Positions 29,923 to 39,720 of a DNA stretch of 64,000 bases are shown here, in pieces. Within the stretch, counting starts at the first letter, position 1, and the number at the start of each line of letters is the position of its first letter. The position numbers and the translations under genes were made by a program. The notes beneath the pieces were generated by a model. That model had not been told where the DNA came from. It searched no databases and was given only the letters and a program-made list of their open reading frames with translations. Source of the DNA: Microcella sp. GTDB lineage: Bacteria; Actinomycetota; Actinomycetes; Actinomycetales; Microbacteriaceae. The stretch spans positions 77,167 to 141,166 of the forward strand of contig NZ_JBKBLF010000004.1 in NCBI RefSeq assembly GCF_046296455.1. Direction: 5' to 3'.

Positions 29923-30606
29923 GTGACCGCCCCGCTTCGACCCGCCGCTGTTCTCTGGGACATGGACGGCACCATCGTCGACACCGAGCCCTATTGGATG
30001 CGCGCCGAGACCGAGTTGGTCGCCGAGCACGGCGGCGTCTGGACCGAGGCCGACGGCATGCAGCTCGTCGGGTCGGGCCTCGTGCAGTCGGCCCGCATCC
30101 TGCAGCAGGCGGGCGTCGCGCTCGAGGTCGACGAGATCATCGGCGCGCTCACCGACCGCGTGATGGTGCAGATCGAGCAGGGCGTGCCGTGGCGGCCGGG
30201 CGCGCGTGAGCTCATCGCCGAGCTGCGCGCCGCGGGCATCCCGATCGCGCTCGTGACGATGTCGATCCGCCGCATGGCGCTGCAGGTCGCCGCGGCGATC
30301 GGCGAGGGCGTCTTCGACGTCGTCATCGCGGGCGACGACGTCGAGCATCCCAAGCCGCACCCGCAGCCCTACCTGCTCGCCGCCGAGCGCCTCGGCGTCG
30401 CCATCGGCGACTGCGTCGCGATCGAAGACAGCGAGTTCGGCCTCGTCTCGGCCGTCGCCTCGGGCGCCGCCACGATCGGCGTGCCCCTGCACCTCACCCT
30501 GCACGAGGCCCCGACCCACGAGCTCTGGCCGACGCTCGACGGCCGCACGATCGCCGACCTCGCCGCCGCGCTCGAGCGCCACCACCATCGAGCGACAGGG
30601 GCCTGA
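29923..30606 (+). CDS. HAD-IA family hydrolase (phosphatase)
   Basis: Track ORF 29218..30606 trimmed to GTG 29923. Motif I VLWDMDGTIVDTE and a later DSEFG motif. Confidence 0.8.
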   Translation: MTAPLRPAAVLWDMDGTIVDTEPYWMRAETELVAEHGGVWTEADGMQLVGSGLVQSARILQQAGVALEVDEIIGALTDRVMVQIEQGVPWRPGARELIAELRAAGIPIALVTMSIRRMALQVAAAIGEGVFDVVIAGDDVEHPKPHPQPYLLAAERLGVAIGDCVAIEDSEFGLVSAVASGAATIGVPLHLTLHEAPTHELWPTLDGRTIADLAAALERHHHRATGA

Positions 30607-30609
30607 GCC

Positions 30610-31596
30610 ATGACCACCCGCCGACAGAGCGGCCCGTTCGTCGAGGGCGATCAGGTGCAGCTGACCGACCCCAAGGGCCGCCTGAACACCGTCACCCTCG
30701 AGGCCGGCAACGCCTTTCACAGCCACCGCGGCGTGCTGCAGCACGAGATGCTCATCGGCCTGCCCGACGGCAGCGTGGTCGAGAACTCGCAGGGGGTGGC
30801 CTACTTGGCCCTGCGCCCGCTGCTGACCGACTTCGTCATGTCGATGCCGCGCGGTGCCGCGATCATCTACCCGAAAGACGCCGCGCAGATCCTCGCGCAG
30901 GCCGACATCTTCCCCGGCGCGCGCGTCGTCGAGGCCGGTGTCGGCTCGGGCGCGTTGAGCATGTGGCTGCTGCGCGCGATCGGCGAGCGCGGCCACCTTT
31001 TCTCGTTCGAGCGCCGCGAGGAGTTCGCGCAGATCGCCGAGGGCAACGTGAGCGCCTACGTCGGCGCGCGGCCCGAGAACTGGACGATCACGATGGGCGA
31101 TCTGCAGGATGCGCTGCCCGAGGTCGTGCCGGCGGGCACCGCCGACCGCGCCGTGCTCGACATGCTCGCGCCCTGGGAGTGCCTCGACGCCGTGGCCACG
31201 GCGCTCACGCCCGGGGGAGTGCTGCTCGTGTACGTCGCCACCGCGACCCAGCTCTCGCGGGTGGCAGAGGCGATCCGGCTCACCGAGACCTTCACCGAGC
31301 CCGTCTCGACCGAGACGATGGTGCGCGGCTGGAACGTCGACGGCCTCTCGGTGCGGCCCGACCACCGCATGGTCGCCCACACGGGCTTCCTGCTCACCGC
31401 GCGGCGGCTCGCCGACGGCGCGGGCCGGTTCGTCAAGGCCAAGCGCGGCTCGAAGACCGAGTACGGCGATGTCGATCTCGAGCTCTGGACCCCGGGCGCG
31501 GTGGGCGACCGGCAGGCGAGTGACAAGCGGCTGCGCAAGGCCGCTCGCGAGGCGCAGGCCCTCGCCGAGAAGTCGGCGCGCCGCCCGATAGAGTGA
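30610..31596 (+). CDS. trmI: tRNA (adenine(58)-N(1))-methyltransferase
   Basis: GPFVEGDQVQLTDPKGR N-terminal domain plus a SAM-binding VVEAGVGSGALS Rossmann motif. Homologous position to Rv2118c next to the Pup-proteasome locus. Confidence 0.85.
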   Translation: MTTRRQSGPFVEGDQVQLTDPKGRLNTVTLEAGNAFHSHRGVLQHEMLIGLPDGSVVENSQGVAYLALRPLLTDFVMSMPRGAAIIYPKDAAQILAQADIFPGARVVEAGVGSGALSMWLLRAIGERGHLFSFERREEFAQIAEGNVSAYVGARPENWTITMGDLQDALPEVVPAGTADRAVLDMLAPWECLDAVATALTPGGVLLVYVATATQLSRVAEAIRLTETFTEPVSTETMVRGWNVDGLSVRPDHRMVAHTGFLLTARRLADGAGRFVKAKRGSKTEYGDVDLELWTPGAVGDRQASDKRLRKAAREAQALAEKSARRPIE

Positions 31597-32594
31597 CAGG
31601 TGTGACTGCGACCCCCCGACGCTCTGTGCGCACCGCCTCTGCCCTCGTTCTGACCAGCGCCCTCATCAGCTCGCTCGTCGCGTGCACCGGTCCCGCCGCA
31701 TCGGGCGCGTGCACTCCCGTCGTGCCGACGGGGGAATCGGCCGGCTACGTCGAGGCGAGTGGCGCGTTCGGCAACGCCCCCGAGGTCGACTTCCCGACGC
31801 CCTTGACGACCGACGGCACCCAGCAGGCCGTGATCGACGCGGGCGAGGGCGAGGCGATCGGCGCGGGCCAGATCGTCGACTTCCAGGTGAGCCTGTTCAG
31901 CGGCGACGACGGCGAACTCATCACGGCGAGCGCCTACTCCGACGACGAGGCGCCGCTTCGACGCACCGCCGGCAGCGAGATCGATCTGCTCGCCGAGGCC
32001 GTGCAGTGCGCTCAGGTCGGCTCGCGCATCGCGGTGACGGGCACGATCGAAGACGTCTTCGGCGCCGACACGCTCGACCCCGGCCTGGGGCTCGCCAACG
32101 ACGACGCGATCGTCATGGTGCTCGACGTGCAGGCCGCCTACCTCGGCCGGGCGACGGGCCTTCCGCAGCTGGGCGCGGCGGGCATCCCCGCTGTCGTGAC
32201 GGCGCCGAACGGCACGCCCGGCGTGACGATCCCTGACGAGGCTCCGCCGACCGAGCTGCGCTCGCACACGCTCGTGCTCGGGCAGGGCGCCGCGATCGAA
32301 GAGGGCGACCGGGCCGTGCTGCACTACACGGGCCTGCTGTGGAGCACGAAGACGATCTTCGACTCGAGCTGGGAGCGCGGCGCCCCGGCGACCTTCACGA
32401 TCACGAGCTTCGAGAACGACCCGAACGGCATCGTCACGGGCCTCGCCGACGGCCTCGTCGGGCGTACGGTCGGCTCGCAGGTGATCGTCGTGATCCCGCC
32501 CGAGTTCGGCTACCCGGCCGGTCAGGCCCCTGCCACGATCCCCGACGGCTCGACGATGGTCTTCGTCGTCGACATCCTCGGGATCGAGGAGTAG
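31593..32594 (+). CDS. FKBP-type peptidyl-prolyl cis-trans isomerase lipoprotein
   Basis: Signal peptide with lipobox LVAC. C-terminal FKBP domain (VLHYTGLLWSTKTIFDSSWERGAPATFTI). Alternative GTG start at 31602. Confidence 0.85.
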   Translation: MTGVTATPRRSVRTASALVLTSALISSLVACTGPAASGACTPVVPTGESAGYVEASGAFGNAPEVDFPTPLTTDGTQQAVIDAGEGEAIGAGQIVDFQVSLFSGDDGELITASAYSDDEAPLRRTAGSEIDLLAEAVQCAQVGSRIAVTGTIEDVFGADTLDPGLGLANDDAIVMVLDVQAAYLGRATGLPQLGAAGIPAVVTAPNGTPGVTIPDEAPPTELRSHTLVLGQGAAIEEGDRAVLHYTGLLWSTKTIFDSSWERGAPATFTITSFENDPNGIVTGLADGLVGRTVGSQVIVVIPPEFGYPAGQAPATIPDGSTMVFVVDILGIEE

Positions 32595-32601
32595 GGCGGC
32601 C

Positions 32602-33591
32602 GTGCCCGCGCCCACCCGGCGGGTTCCGGCCGAAGAGCGGCTGTTCAGCCTCGTGCTAGCGCTGCTCGCCACCGAGCAGGGTCTGACGAAGGCCGAGATC
32701 CTCTCCACCGTCACGGGCTACGCCGCGCGGTACGAGGCGGCCGCCGACCGCGCGAATCTCGAGCGGCAGTTCGAGCGCGACAAAGAAGACCTGCGCGACC
32801 TCGGCGTTCCGCTCGAGACGGTCGACGCGCTCGGCGCCGAGGGCGATACCAAGCTGCAGCGCTACCGCATCCCGCCCGCGCGCTACCAGCTGCCCGACGA
32901 CCTCGAGTTCTCGACCGAAGAGTACGCGATGCTCACGCTCGCGGCGCAGGTCTGGCGCGAGGGGTCGCTCTCGACCGACTCGCGCCGCGCGCTCACCAAA
33001 CTGCAGTCGCTCGGCCTGCGCATCGACGACGCCGTCGTCGGATTCGCCCCGAGCATCCGCACGCGCGATGCCGCCCACGAGCCACTCACCGCCGCGATCG
33101 ATCGCGCGCAGCAGGTCGTGTTCCCCTACCTCAAGCCCGGGCAGTCCGCTGCCGAGCACCGCACCGTCTCGCCGCTCGCCCTCGTCTTCCATGAGGGGCG
33201 CTGGCACCTGCATGCCCACGATGACGGGGTGGATGCTCGCCGCACCTTCCTGCTGCGCCGCATCGTCGGCCCCGTCGTGCCGTCGGGCGCCCCGGCCTCG
33301 GTGCGCCCGGCCGCCGACGAGACGGCGCGCGTGCTCGATGAGCTCGCCGCGCTGTGGCACTCGACGGTGGCGACCGTGCGGGTGCGCCCGGGCAGCGAGG
33401 CCGAGGTCGTCGTGCGCAACCGCCCGGGCACGGCCGAGGGCGCCGAGGGGCTGACGGTGCACGCCACCGACCTCGACATCCTCGCCGACGAGCTCGCCGC
33501 CTTCGGCGCCGACGTGCAGGTCGTCGGGCCACCCAAGCTGCGAGAGGCCGTGCGGTCGCGCTGGCAGAAGGTGGTGCAGACCCATGGCTGA
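32602..33591 (+). CDS. pafB: PafB (HTH + WYL domain transcriptional regulator)
   Basis: N-terminal wHTH ERLFSLVLALLATEQGLTKAEIL followed by a WYL domain. First of two paralogous genes directly upstream of tatA-tatC-helY, as in mycobacteria. Confidence 0.78.
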   Translation: MPAPTRRVPAEERLFSLVLALLATEQGLTKAEILSTVTGYAARYEAAADRANLERQFERDKEDLRDLGVPLETVDALGAEGDTKLQRYRIPPARYQLPDDLEFSTEEYAMLTLAAQVWREGSLSTDSRRALTKLQSLGLRIDDAVVGFAPSIRTRDAAHEPLTAAIDRAQQVVFPYLKPGQSAAEHRTVSPLALVFHEGRWHLHAHDDGVDARRTFLLRRIVGPVVPSGAPASVRPAADETARVLDELAALWHSTVATVRVRPGSEAEVVVRNRPGTAEGAEGLTVHATDLDILADELAAFGADVQVVGPPKLREAVRSRWQKVVQTHG

Positions 33592-34585
33592 GCGTCCCGC
33601 ACCCCTGCACGCCGCCGACAAGCTCACGTTCCTGCTGGCGCTCGTGCCCTACCTCATCGATCAAGTGCGCGTCACGGTCGACGAGGCCGCCGCGCACTTC
33701 GGCACGACGCCCGAGCGCATGCGGCAGGCGGTCGAGCTCATCGCCATGAGCGGCACGCCCGGCGCCGATGGTACCTACACCCACGAGACCCTCTTCGACA
33801 TCGACTGGGACGACTTCGACGAACGCGGCATCATCCGGTTTCGCGCGGCGCCCATGGAGGAGAAGCCGCGGTTCTCGACGCGCGAGGCCGCCGCGCTGCT
33901 GGCCGGGCTGCAGCGCGTCGCGGCTCGCCCCGAGTTCGCCGCGCGCGTCGACATCGTCGAGCTCATGGCGAAGCTTGCGCGCGGGGCCACGGGGGTTCCG
34001 GCTCCCGTCGCCGTACGCCCCGCCGAGGTCGCCGCCATGCACGCGACGCTCGTCGAGGCCGTCGCGAGCGCGCGGCGCGTGCGCATCGATTACGTCACCA
34101 CGCGCGGTGAGCGCGAGATGCGCGAGGTCGACCCGATCAGCTTCGACGGCGTCGACGACGCGTGGTACCTGCGCGGCTGGTGCCTCACGCGCGACGCCGA
34201 ACGCACCTTCTTGCTCGACCGCATGGCGAGCGCCGAGCTGCTGGGGCCGGCCGAGCACCACGAGGCCGGGGTGGCGGGCGACGAGCTGTTCCAGGGCGCA
34301 TCGACCGATGAGCGCGTCACCCTGCGACTGCCGGCCGCGGCGCTGCCCCTAATCGCGGACTACCGCGGACCGGACGACCCGGTGCGGATCGAGGGGGAGC
34401 ACGCGACGGTCACGCTGCGCATCGCGCACTCGGGCATCCTGGGCCGCATCGCCGCCCGGCTCGCCGGCGGGGTCGAGATCGTCGAGCCGGCGAGTGCCCG
34501 CGAGACCGTCGCGGCGTGGGCGCGCTCGGCGCTCGCGGCCGACGACGGCGGGTCTGCGCAGGAGACTCCGAGCGCCGACCGCTAG
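33584..34585 (+). CDS. pafC: PafC (HTH + WYL domain transcriptional regulator)
   Basis: Paralogue of the preceding gene (DKLTFLLALVPYL..., WYLRGW WYL motif), overlapping pafB by 8 nt. Confidence 0.78.
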   Translation: MAERPAPLHAADKLTFLLALVPYLIDQVRVTVDEAAAHFGTTPERMRQAVELIAMSGTPGADGTYTHETLFDIDWDDFDERGIIRFRAAPMEEKPRFSTREAAALLAGLQRVAARPEFAARVDIVELMAKLARGATGVPAPVAVRPAEVAAMHATLVEAVASARRVRIDYVTTRGEREMREVDPISFDGVDDAWYLRGWCLTRDAERTFLLDRMASAELLGPAEHHEAGVAGDELFQGASTDERVTLRLPAAALPLIADYRGPDDPVRIEGEHATVTLRIAHSGILGRIAARLAGGVEIVEPASARETVAAWARSALAADDGGSAQETPSADR

Positions 34586-34624
34586 ACTCCCTCACACCTC
34601 ATCTGTGAACGTTAGGACGACCCC

Positions 34625-34846
34625 ATGTTCGGTGGAAACCTCGGTGGCTGGACCGGCCTCATCCTGCTCCTCGTGGTCATCCTGCTGTTCGCTGCGCCCA
34701 AGCTGCCGCAGCTGGCGCGCAGCCTCGGCCAGTCGATGACGATCTTCAAGAAAGAGATCAAGAACAAAGACGTCGACGGCGAGTCGGGCACCGACGCGGG
34801 CACCGCGCCGAAGGCCGACAGCACCGACTCCTCCTCGACGAAGTAG
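34625..34846 (+). CDS. tatA: Twin-arginine translocase subunit TatA
   Basis: 73 aa. TM helix plus amphipathic helix: GLILLLVVILLFAAPKLPQLARSLGQSMTIFKKE. Confidence 0.93.
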   Translation: MFGGNLGGWTGLILLLVVILLFAAPKLPQLARSLGQSMTIFKKEIKNKDVDGESGTDAGTAPKADSTDSSSTK

Positions 34847-34849
34847 TCC

Positions 34850-35656
34850 GTGGCCGGCCGCGAACCGCGGCCCCGGAATCCCGAGGGCCGCATGTCCCTC
34901 GGGCAGCACCTCGTCGAACTGCGCAAGCGCATCTCGATCTCGGCGGTCGCGATCCTGCTCTTCTCGATCCCGGCTTGGTGGGCGGTCGACTACGTCTGGG
35001 CGGCGCTGAGCGCCCCCGTGCTCGCCGTCGCCGAAGCGCAAGACCGCGATGCGACCCTCGCGTACACGACCATTGGCGAGGCCTTCGACACCCGCCTGCT
35101 CATCATGTTTCTCGTCGGCATCGTGGCGTCGTCGCCGATCTGGCTCTACCAGCTGTGGGCGTTCATCGTGCCCGCCCTGCACCAGCGCGAGAAGCGCTTC
35201 GCGATCGGCTTCATCGCCGCCTCGGTGCCGCTCTTCGTCGGGGGATGCCTCGCGGCCTGGTTCGTCTTCCCGAACATCGTCATCCTGCTCACGGGGTTCG
35301 CCTTCGGCGAGTCCGCGACGCTGCTGAGCGCTCGCATCTACCTCGACTTCGCCATCAAGTTCATCCTCGCGATCGGGGTCGGGTTCCTCTTCCCGGTCGT
35401 GCTCGTGGCGCTCAACCTCGCGCGCGTCATCACGGGCGCGGGCATCCTCAGGGCCTGGCGCTGGGCGATCCTCGGCATCACGGCGTTCACCGCGATCGCC
35501 ACGCCCGCGGCCGACGTGCTCTCGATGGTGCTGCTGGCGATCCCGATGGTCGGGCTCTACTTCGCCGCCGCGGGCATCGCCTCGATCAACGACAAGCGGG
35601 TCGCGAAGCGCGAGGCGGCGCTCAACGCCGAGTACGGCATCCGCGTCGATGATTGA
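34850..35656 (+). CDS. tatC: Twin-arginine translocase subunit TatC
   Basis: NPEGRMSLGQHLVELRKR N-terminus, six TM segments. Alternative start ATG 34892. Confidence 0.92.
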   Translation: MAGREPRPRNPEGRMSLGQHLVELRKRISISAVAILLFSIPAWWAVDYVWAALSAPVLAVAEAQDRDATLAYTTIGEAFDTRLLIMFLVGIVASSPIWLYQLWAFIVPALHQREKRFAIGFIAASVPLFVGGCLAAWFVFPNIVILLTGFAFGESATLLSARIYLDFAIKFILAIGVGFLFPVVLVALNLARVITGAGILRAWRWAILGITAFTAIATPAADVLSMVLLAIPMVGLYFAAAGIASINDKRVAKREAALNAEYGIRVDD

Positions 35657-38096
35657 CGCCGAGCGCTCCGACCACGCACCGAGCCCCGCCGAACGCTATG
35701 CGACCCAGCGCGAGCTGCGGTCGTTGCCGCGCCTGCGGGCCTTCCGCGACGGACTCACGATCGAGCTCGACCCCTTCCAGCACGCTGCCTGTGCGGCGCT
35801 CGAGCAGGGACGCAGCGTGCTCGTGGCCGCTCCGACGGGCGCCGGCAAGACGATCGTCGCCGAGTTCGCCGTCTTTCTCGCGATGTTCGAGCCGACCGCC
35901 AAGATCTTCTACACCGCGCCCATGAAGGCGCTCAGCAACCAGAAGTACACCGAGCTCGTCGCGCAGTACGGCCACAGCGAGGTCGGGCTGCTCACGGGCG
36001 ACACGAATATCAACGCGCGCGCGCGCATCGTCGTGATGACGACCGAGGTGCTGCGCAACATGCTCTACGCCGACTCCGACCTGCTCACCGACCTCGCGTT
36101 CGTCGTGATGGATGAAGTGCACTACCTCGCCGACCGGTTCCGCGGTGCGGTGTGGGAGGAGGTCATCATCCACCTCCCGCCCCAGGTGCGCATGATCTCG
36201 CTGAGCGCGACCGTGTCGAACGCGGAGGAGTTCGGCGACTGGCTGCAGGCCGTGCGCGGCGACACTGACGTGATCGTGAGCGAGACCCGGCCCGTGCCGC
36301 TCGAGCAGCACGTGCTCGTGCGCTCGAAGCTGCTCGACCTTTTCGACTCGTCGGGCAAAGCCGCCACGAACCGCGTGAACCCCGAGCTCGTGCAGCTCGC
36401 CAAGGCCGGCGGCCACACCCCGCATCGCGGCCGCCAGCACCATCCGCGCCGCTGGGAGAAGCGACCGGCGGGGGAGGGGCGCGCCGATCGAGCCGAGATC
36501 GTCGGGATGCTCGGGGCCCGCAACCTGCTGCCCGCGATCTTCTTCATCTTCAGTCGTGCCGGTTGCGACCAGGCGGTCAAGCAACTCGTGCGCTCGGGAA
36601 TCCGGCTGACCGATACCGCAGAGCGCGAGGAGATCCGCCTCATCGTCGAAGAGCGCTGCCGCACGCTGCGCGACGACGACCTCGCCGTTCTCGGCTACTG
36701 GGAGTGGCTCGACGGCCTGCAGCGCGGCGTGGCCGCGCACCACGCTGGCCTGCTACCCGCCTTCAAAGAGGTCGTCGAAGAGCTGTTCCAGAAGAAGCTG
36801 CTGCGCGTCGTCTTCGCGACCGAGACGCTCGCGCTCGGCATCAACATGCCCGCGCGCACGGTCGTGCTCGAGAAGCTCGAGAAGTTCAACGGCGAGGCGC
36901 GTGTTCCCATCACGCCCGGTGAGTACACCCAGCTCACGGGCCGAGCCGGGCGACGCGGCATCGACACCGAGGGCCACTCGGTCATCCAGTGGACGGGCGG
37001 TCTCGACCCGCAAGCCGTCGCGTCGCTCGCATCCCGCCGCACCTACCCGCTCAACTCGAGCTTTCGGCCGACCTACAACATGGCTGTCAACCTCATCGAG
37101 CAGTTCGGCCGCGAGCGCACGCGCGAGGTGCTCGAGTCGAGCTTCGCGCAGTTTCAGGCCGACCGCGCGGTCGTCGACCTCGCGCGCACCGTGCGCAAGA
37201 ACCACGAGGCGCTCGAGGGCTACGCCCGCGCGATGACCTGCCACCTGGGCGACTACACCGAGTACGCCGCCCTGCGCCGCGAGCTCAGCGACCTCGAACG
37301 GGGAACGCGGCGGGCGGGGGAGCCGGGCGAGAAGGCCGACAAGCTGCGGCGCCAGAAGCAAATCGAGGGCGTGCGCACGCGCATGCGCAAGCATCCCTGC
37401 AACGGCTGCGCCGAGCGCGAAGCGCACGCGCGCTGGGCCGAGCGCTGGTGGCGCCTGAGCCGCGAGACCGAGAAGGTCAGCCGCCAGATCACGGGGCGCA
37501 CGGGTGCCGTCGCCGCTGTCTTCGACCGCATCACCGACATCCTCGCCGAGCTCGGCTACCTCGAGACCGACGAGCACGGCCGGCTGGGCCTCACGACCCA
37601 CGGTCGCTCACTGCGCCGCATCTACGGCGAACGCGACCTGCTCGTGGCCGAAAGCCTGCGCCGGGGGCTGTGGCGCGACCTCGACGTGCCCTCGCTCGCG
37701 GCCATGGCGAGCGCAATCGTCTACGCCGCGCGGCGCGACGACGGGCAAGCGCCCGAGTACGCGCTGCCGCGCGGAGCCTTTCGCCCCGCGCTCGAACGCA
37801 CGCAGGAGCTCTGGGCCTCGCTCGACGATCTCGAGCACGAACACCGGCTGCCGGGCAGCGAACCGCTCGCGACGACGCTCGCTCTGCCCATGCACCGCTG
37901 GGCGGCGGGCGGGTCGCTCGACGCCGTGCTGCGCGATGCCGATCTCGCGGCGGGCGACTTCGTGCGATGGACCAAGCAGACCATCGATCTGCTCGACCAG
38001 ATCTCGATCGTCGCCGACGGTCAGGTCGGCCGAACGGCCCGCAGCGCGCTCGACGCGATCCGCCGCGGCATCGTCGCCTACAGCTCGGTCGCCTGA
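35649..38096 (+). CDS. helY: Ski2-like DEAD/DEAH-box RNA helicase HelY
   Basis: 815 aa. Motifs APTGAGKT and MDEVHY, plus a C-terminal DSHCT-like region. Conserved position after tatC. Confidence 0.9.
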   Translation: MIDAERSDHAPSPAERYATQRELRSLPRLRAFRDGLTIELDPFQHAACAALEQGRSVLVAAPTGAGKTIVAEFAVFLAMFEPTAKIFYTAPMKALSNQKYTELVAQYGHSEVGLLTGDTNINARARIVVMTTEVLRNMLYADSDLLTDLAFVVMDEVHYLADRFRGAVWEEVIIHLPPQVRMISLSATVSNAEEFGDWLQAVRGDTDVIVSETRPVPLEQHVLVRSKLLDLFDSSGKAATNRVNPELVQLAKAGGHTPHRGRQHHPRRWEKRPAGEGRADRAEIVGMLGARNLLPAIFFIFSRAGCDQAVKQLVRSGIRLTDTAEREEIRLIVEERCRTLRDDDLAVLGYWEWLDGLQRGVAAHHAGLLPAFKEVVEELFQKKLLRVVFATETLALGINMPARTVVLEKLEKFNGEARVPITPGEYTQLTGRAGRRGIDTEGHSVIQWTGGLDPQAVASLASRRTYPLNSSFRPTYNMAVNLIEQFGRERTREVLESSFAQFQADRAVVDLARTVRKNHEALEGYARAMTCHLGDYTEYAALRRELSDLERGTRRAGEPGEKADKLRRQKQIEGVRTRMRKHPCNGCAEREAHARWAERWWRLSRETEKVSRQITGRTGAVAAVFDRITDILAELGYLETDEHGRLGLTTHGRSLRRIYGERDLLVAESLRRGLWRDLDVPSLAAMASAIVYAARRDDGQAPEYALPRGAFRPALERTQELWASLDDLEHEHRLPGSEPLATTLALPMHRWAAGGSLDAVLRDADLAAGDFVRWTKQTIDLLDQISIVADGQVGRTARSALDAIRRGIVAYSSVA

Positions 38097-38133
38097 ACCG
38101 GGCACCGTGCCCGTTCGCCTAGGATTCTGCCTC

Positions 38134-39720
38134 GTGACCTCGACGCTTCCGGCCGCCGCCGGCCCCGCCGCGGCACAGCCCCTCTCGCTCGGCGCCGCGC
38201 TGCTGATGGCGATCACGGGCGGATGGCTCATGGATCTCGGCTACCCCGACGTCGCCTGGTGGCCGATGACCGTCATCGGCACCGCGCTCATGCTCGCGAG
38301 CCTGCGCGGGCGCAGCGTGGGCGGCGCGCTGCTCGTCGGCGCGGTCGGCGGCTTCGCCTACTACGGGCTGCTCATCGAGTGGTTGACCGTGTACCTCGGG
38401 GTCGTGCCCTGGCTCGCCCTCACGCTCGCCCAGGTCTTCTTCACGTCGCTCGGCGGGGTGCTCATCATGCTCGCCTGGCGCTGGGTGCCGCGCGCTTGGC
38501 CCGGTGTCGCAGGCCGCCTCATCCTCACCCCGGCCGTCGTCGCCGCTGCCTGGACGGCGCGCGAGGCCGTGGCGAGCGTCTTCCCCTTCGGCGGTTTCGC
38601 GTGGGGCCGCCTGGCGCACAGCCAGGCCGAGGGCCCTCTCGCGCACTGGGCGGCCTGGGTCGGGTTCTCGGGGCTCACGTTCCTGCTCGCGTGGTTCTCG
38701 GCGATGCTCGTCGCCGTCGTCGTCGAACGTCGGGTCGGGATGCTGCGCCGGGGCGTCCTCGTCGCCGGAGCATCCACCGCCCTGCTCGTGTGGCCTGCCG
38801 TGCCGATCGCGACGACGGGCACCATCTCGGTCGCCGCGGTCCAGGGCGACTCCGACTCGGGGCTCTTCGCCGAGTATGAGCACGGCCAGATCCTGCAGGA
38901 CCACTACGACGCGACGCGCCCGCTCTTCGACCAGGGCCTCGACCTCGACGTCGTCGTGTGGCCCGAGAATGCGAGCGACCTCGACCCGCTGCGCAGCGCG
39001 TACGCCGCCTCGGTGCTCGACCTCGTGAGCGACCGGCTCAAGGCGCCCGTGGTCGTGGGCACGATCACCGCAGACGACGACGAGACGTTCAACTCCGTGC
39101 TGCTGTGGCGGGCTGGGGAGGGCTCGGTTGACCAGTACGACAAGGTGCACCCGGTGCCCTTCGCCGAGTACCTGCCGGCCCGCGACTTCTTCTACCCGCT
39201 CGCCCCGAGCCTGTTCGACCTCGTTCCGCGCGACTACTCGTTCGGCCAGCGCGACACCGTGGTCGACCTCGACGGCGTGATCGCCGGCATCTCGATCTGC
39301 TACGACATCGTCGACGACGACCTGCTCGCGCGGCAGATCGACGAGGGCGCCCAGGTGCTGCTCGCGCCCACCAACAACGCCGACTTCGGCGTGAGCGATC
39401 AGAGCGTGCAGCAGCTCGCGATCGCCCGCCTGCGCGCGATCGAGTCGGGTCGGGCGCTCGTCAACGCCTCCACGGTCGGAGCGAGCGCAATCGTGCTCCC
39501 CGACGGCTCGACGCTCGACAGCCTGCCGCTCTTCGAGCCCGGCACGATGGTGCAGCAGGTGCCGTTGAGCGACACCGTGACCCCGGCGCACGCGCTCGGG
39601 CGCACGCTCGAGTGGGGCGTGATCCTCTTCGGCCTGCTGTCGATCGCACTCGCGGCGGCGCTGCTCGGCCGGCGCGGAGTGTCGTCGCGCGACCCCGAGT
39701 CCGCGGGGGGCTTCCGATGA
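38134..39720 (+). CDS. lnt: Apolipoprotein N-acyltransferase
   Basis: Track ORF 37504..39720 trimmed to GTG 38134 (alternative GTG 38107). Multi-TM N-terminal half plus a C-terminal CN-hydrolase domain (VVWPE, ICYD). Confidence 0.85.
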   Translation: MTSTLPAAAGPAAAQPLSLGAALLMAITGGWLMDLGYPDVAWWPMTVIGTALMLASLRGRSVGGALLVGAVGGFAYYGLLIEWLTVYLGVVPWLALTLAQVFFTSLGGVLIMLAWRWVPRAWPGVAGRLILTPAVVAAAWTAREAVASVFPFGGFAWGRLAHSQAEGPLAHWAAWVGFSGLTFLLAWFSAMLVAVVVERRVGMLRRGVLVAGASTALLVWPAVPIATTGTISVAAVQGDSDSGLFAEYEHGQILQDHYDATRPLFDQGLDLDVVVWPENASDLDPLRSAYAASVLDLVSDRLKAPVVVGTITADDDETFNSVLLWRAGEGSVDQYDKVHPVPFAEYLPARDFFYPLAPSLFDLVPRDYSFGQRDTVVDLDGVIAGISICYDIVDDDLLARQIDEGAQVLLAPTNNADFGVSDQSVQQLAIARLRAIESGRALVNASTVGASAIVLPDGSTLDSLPLFEPGTMVQQVPLSDTVTPAHALGRTLEWGVILFGLLSIALAAALLGRRGVSSRDPESAGGFR

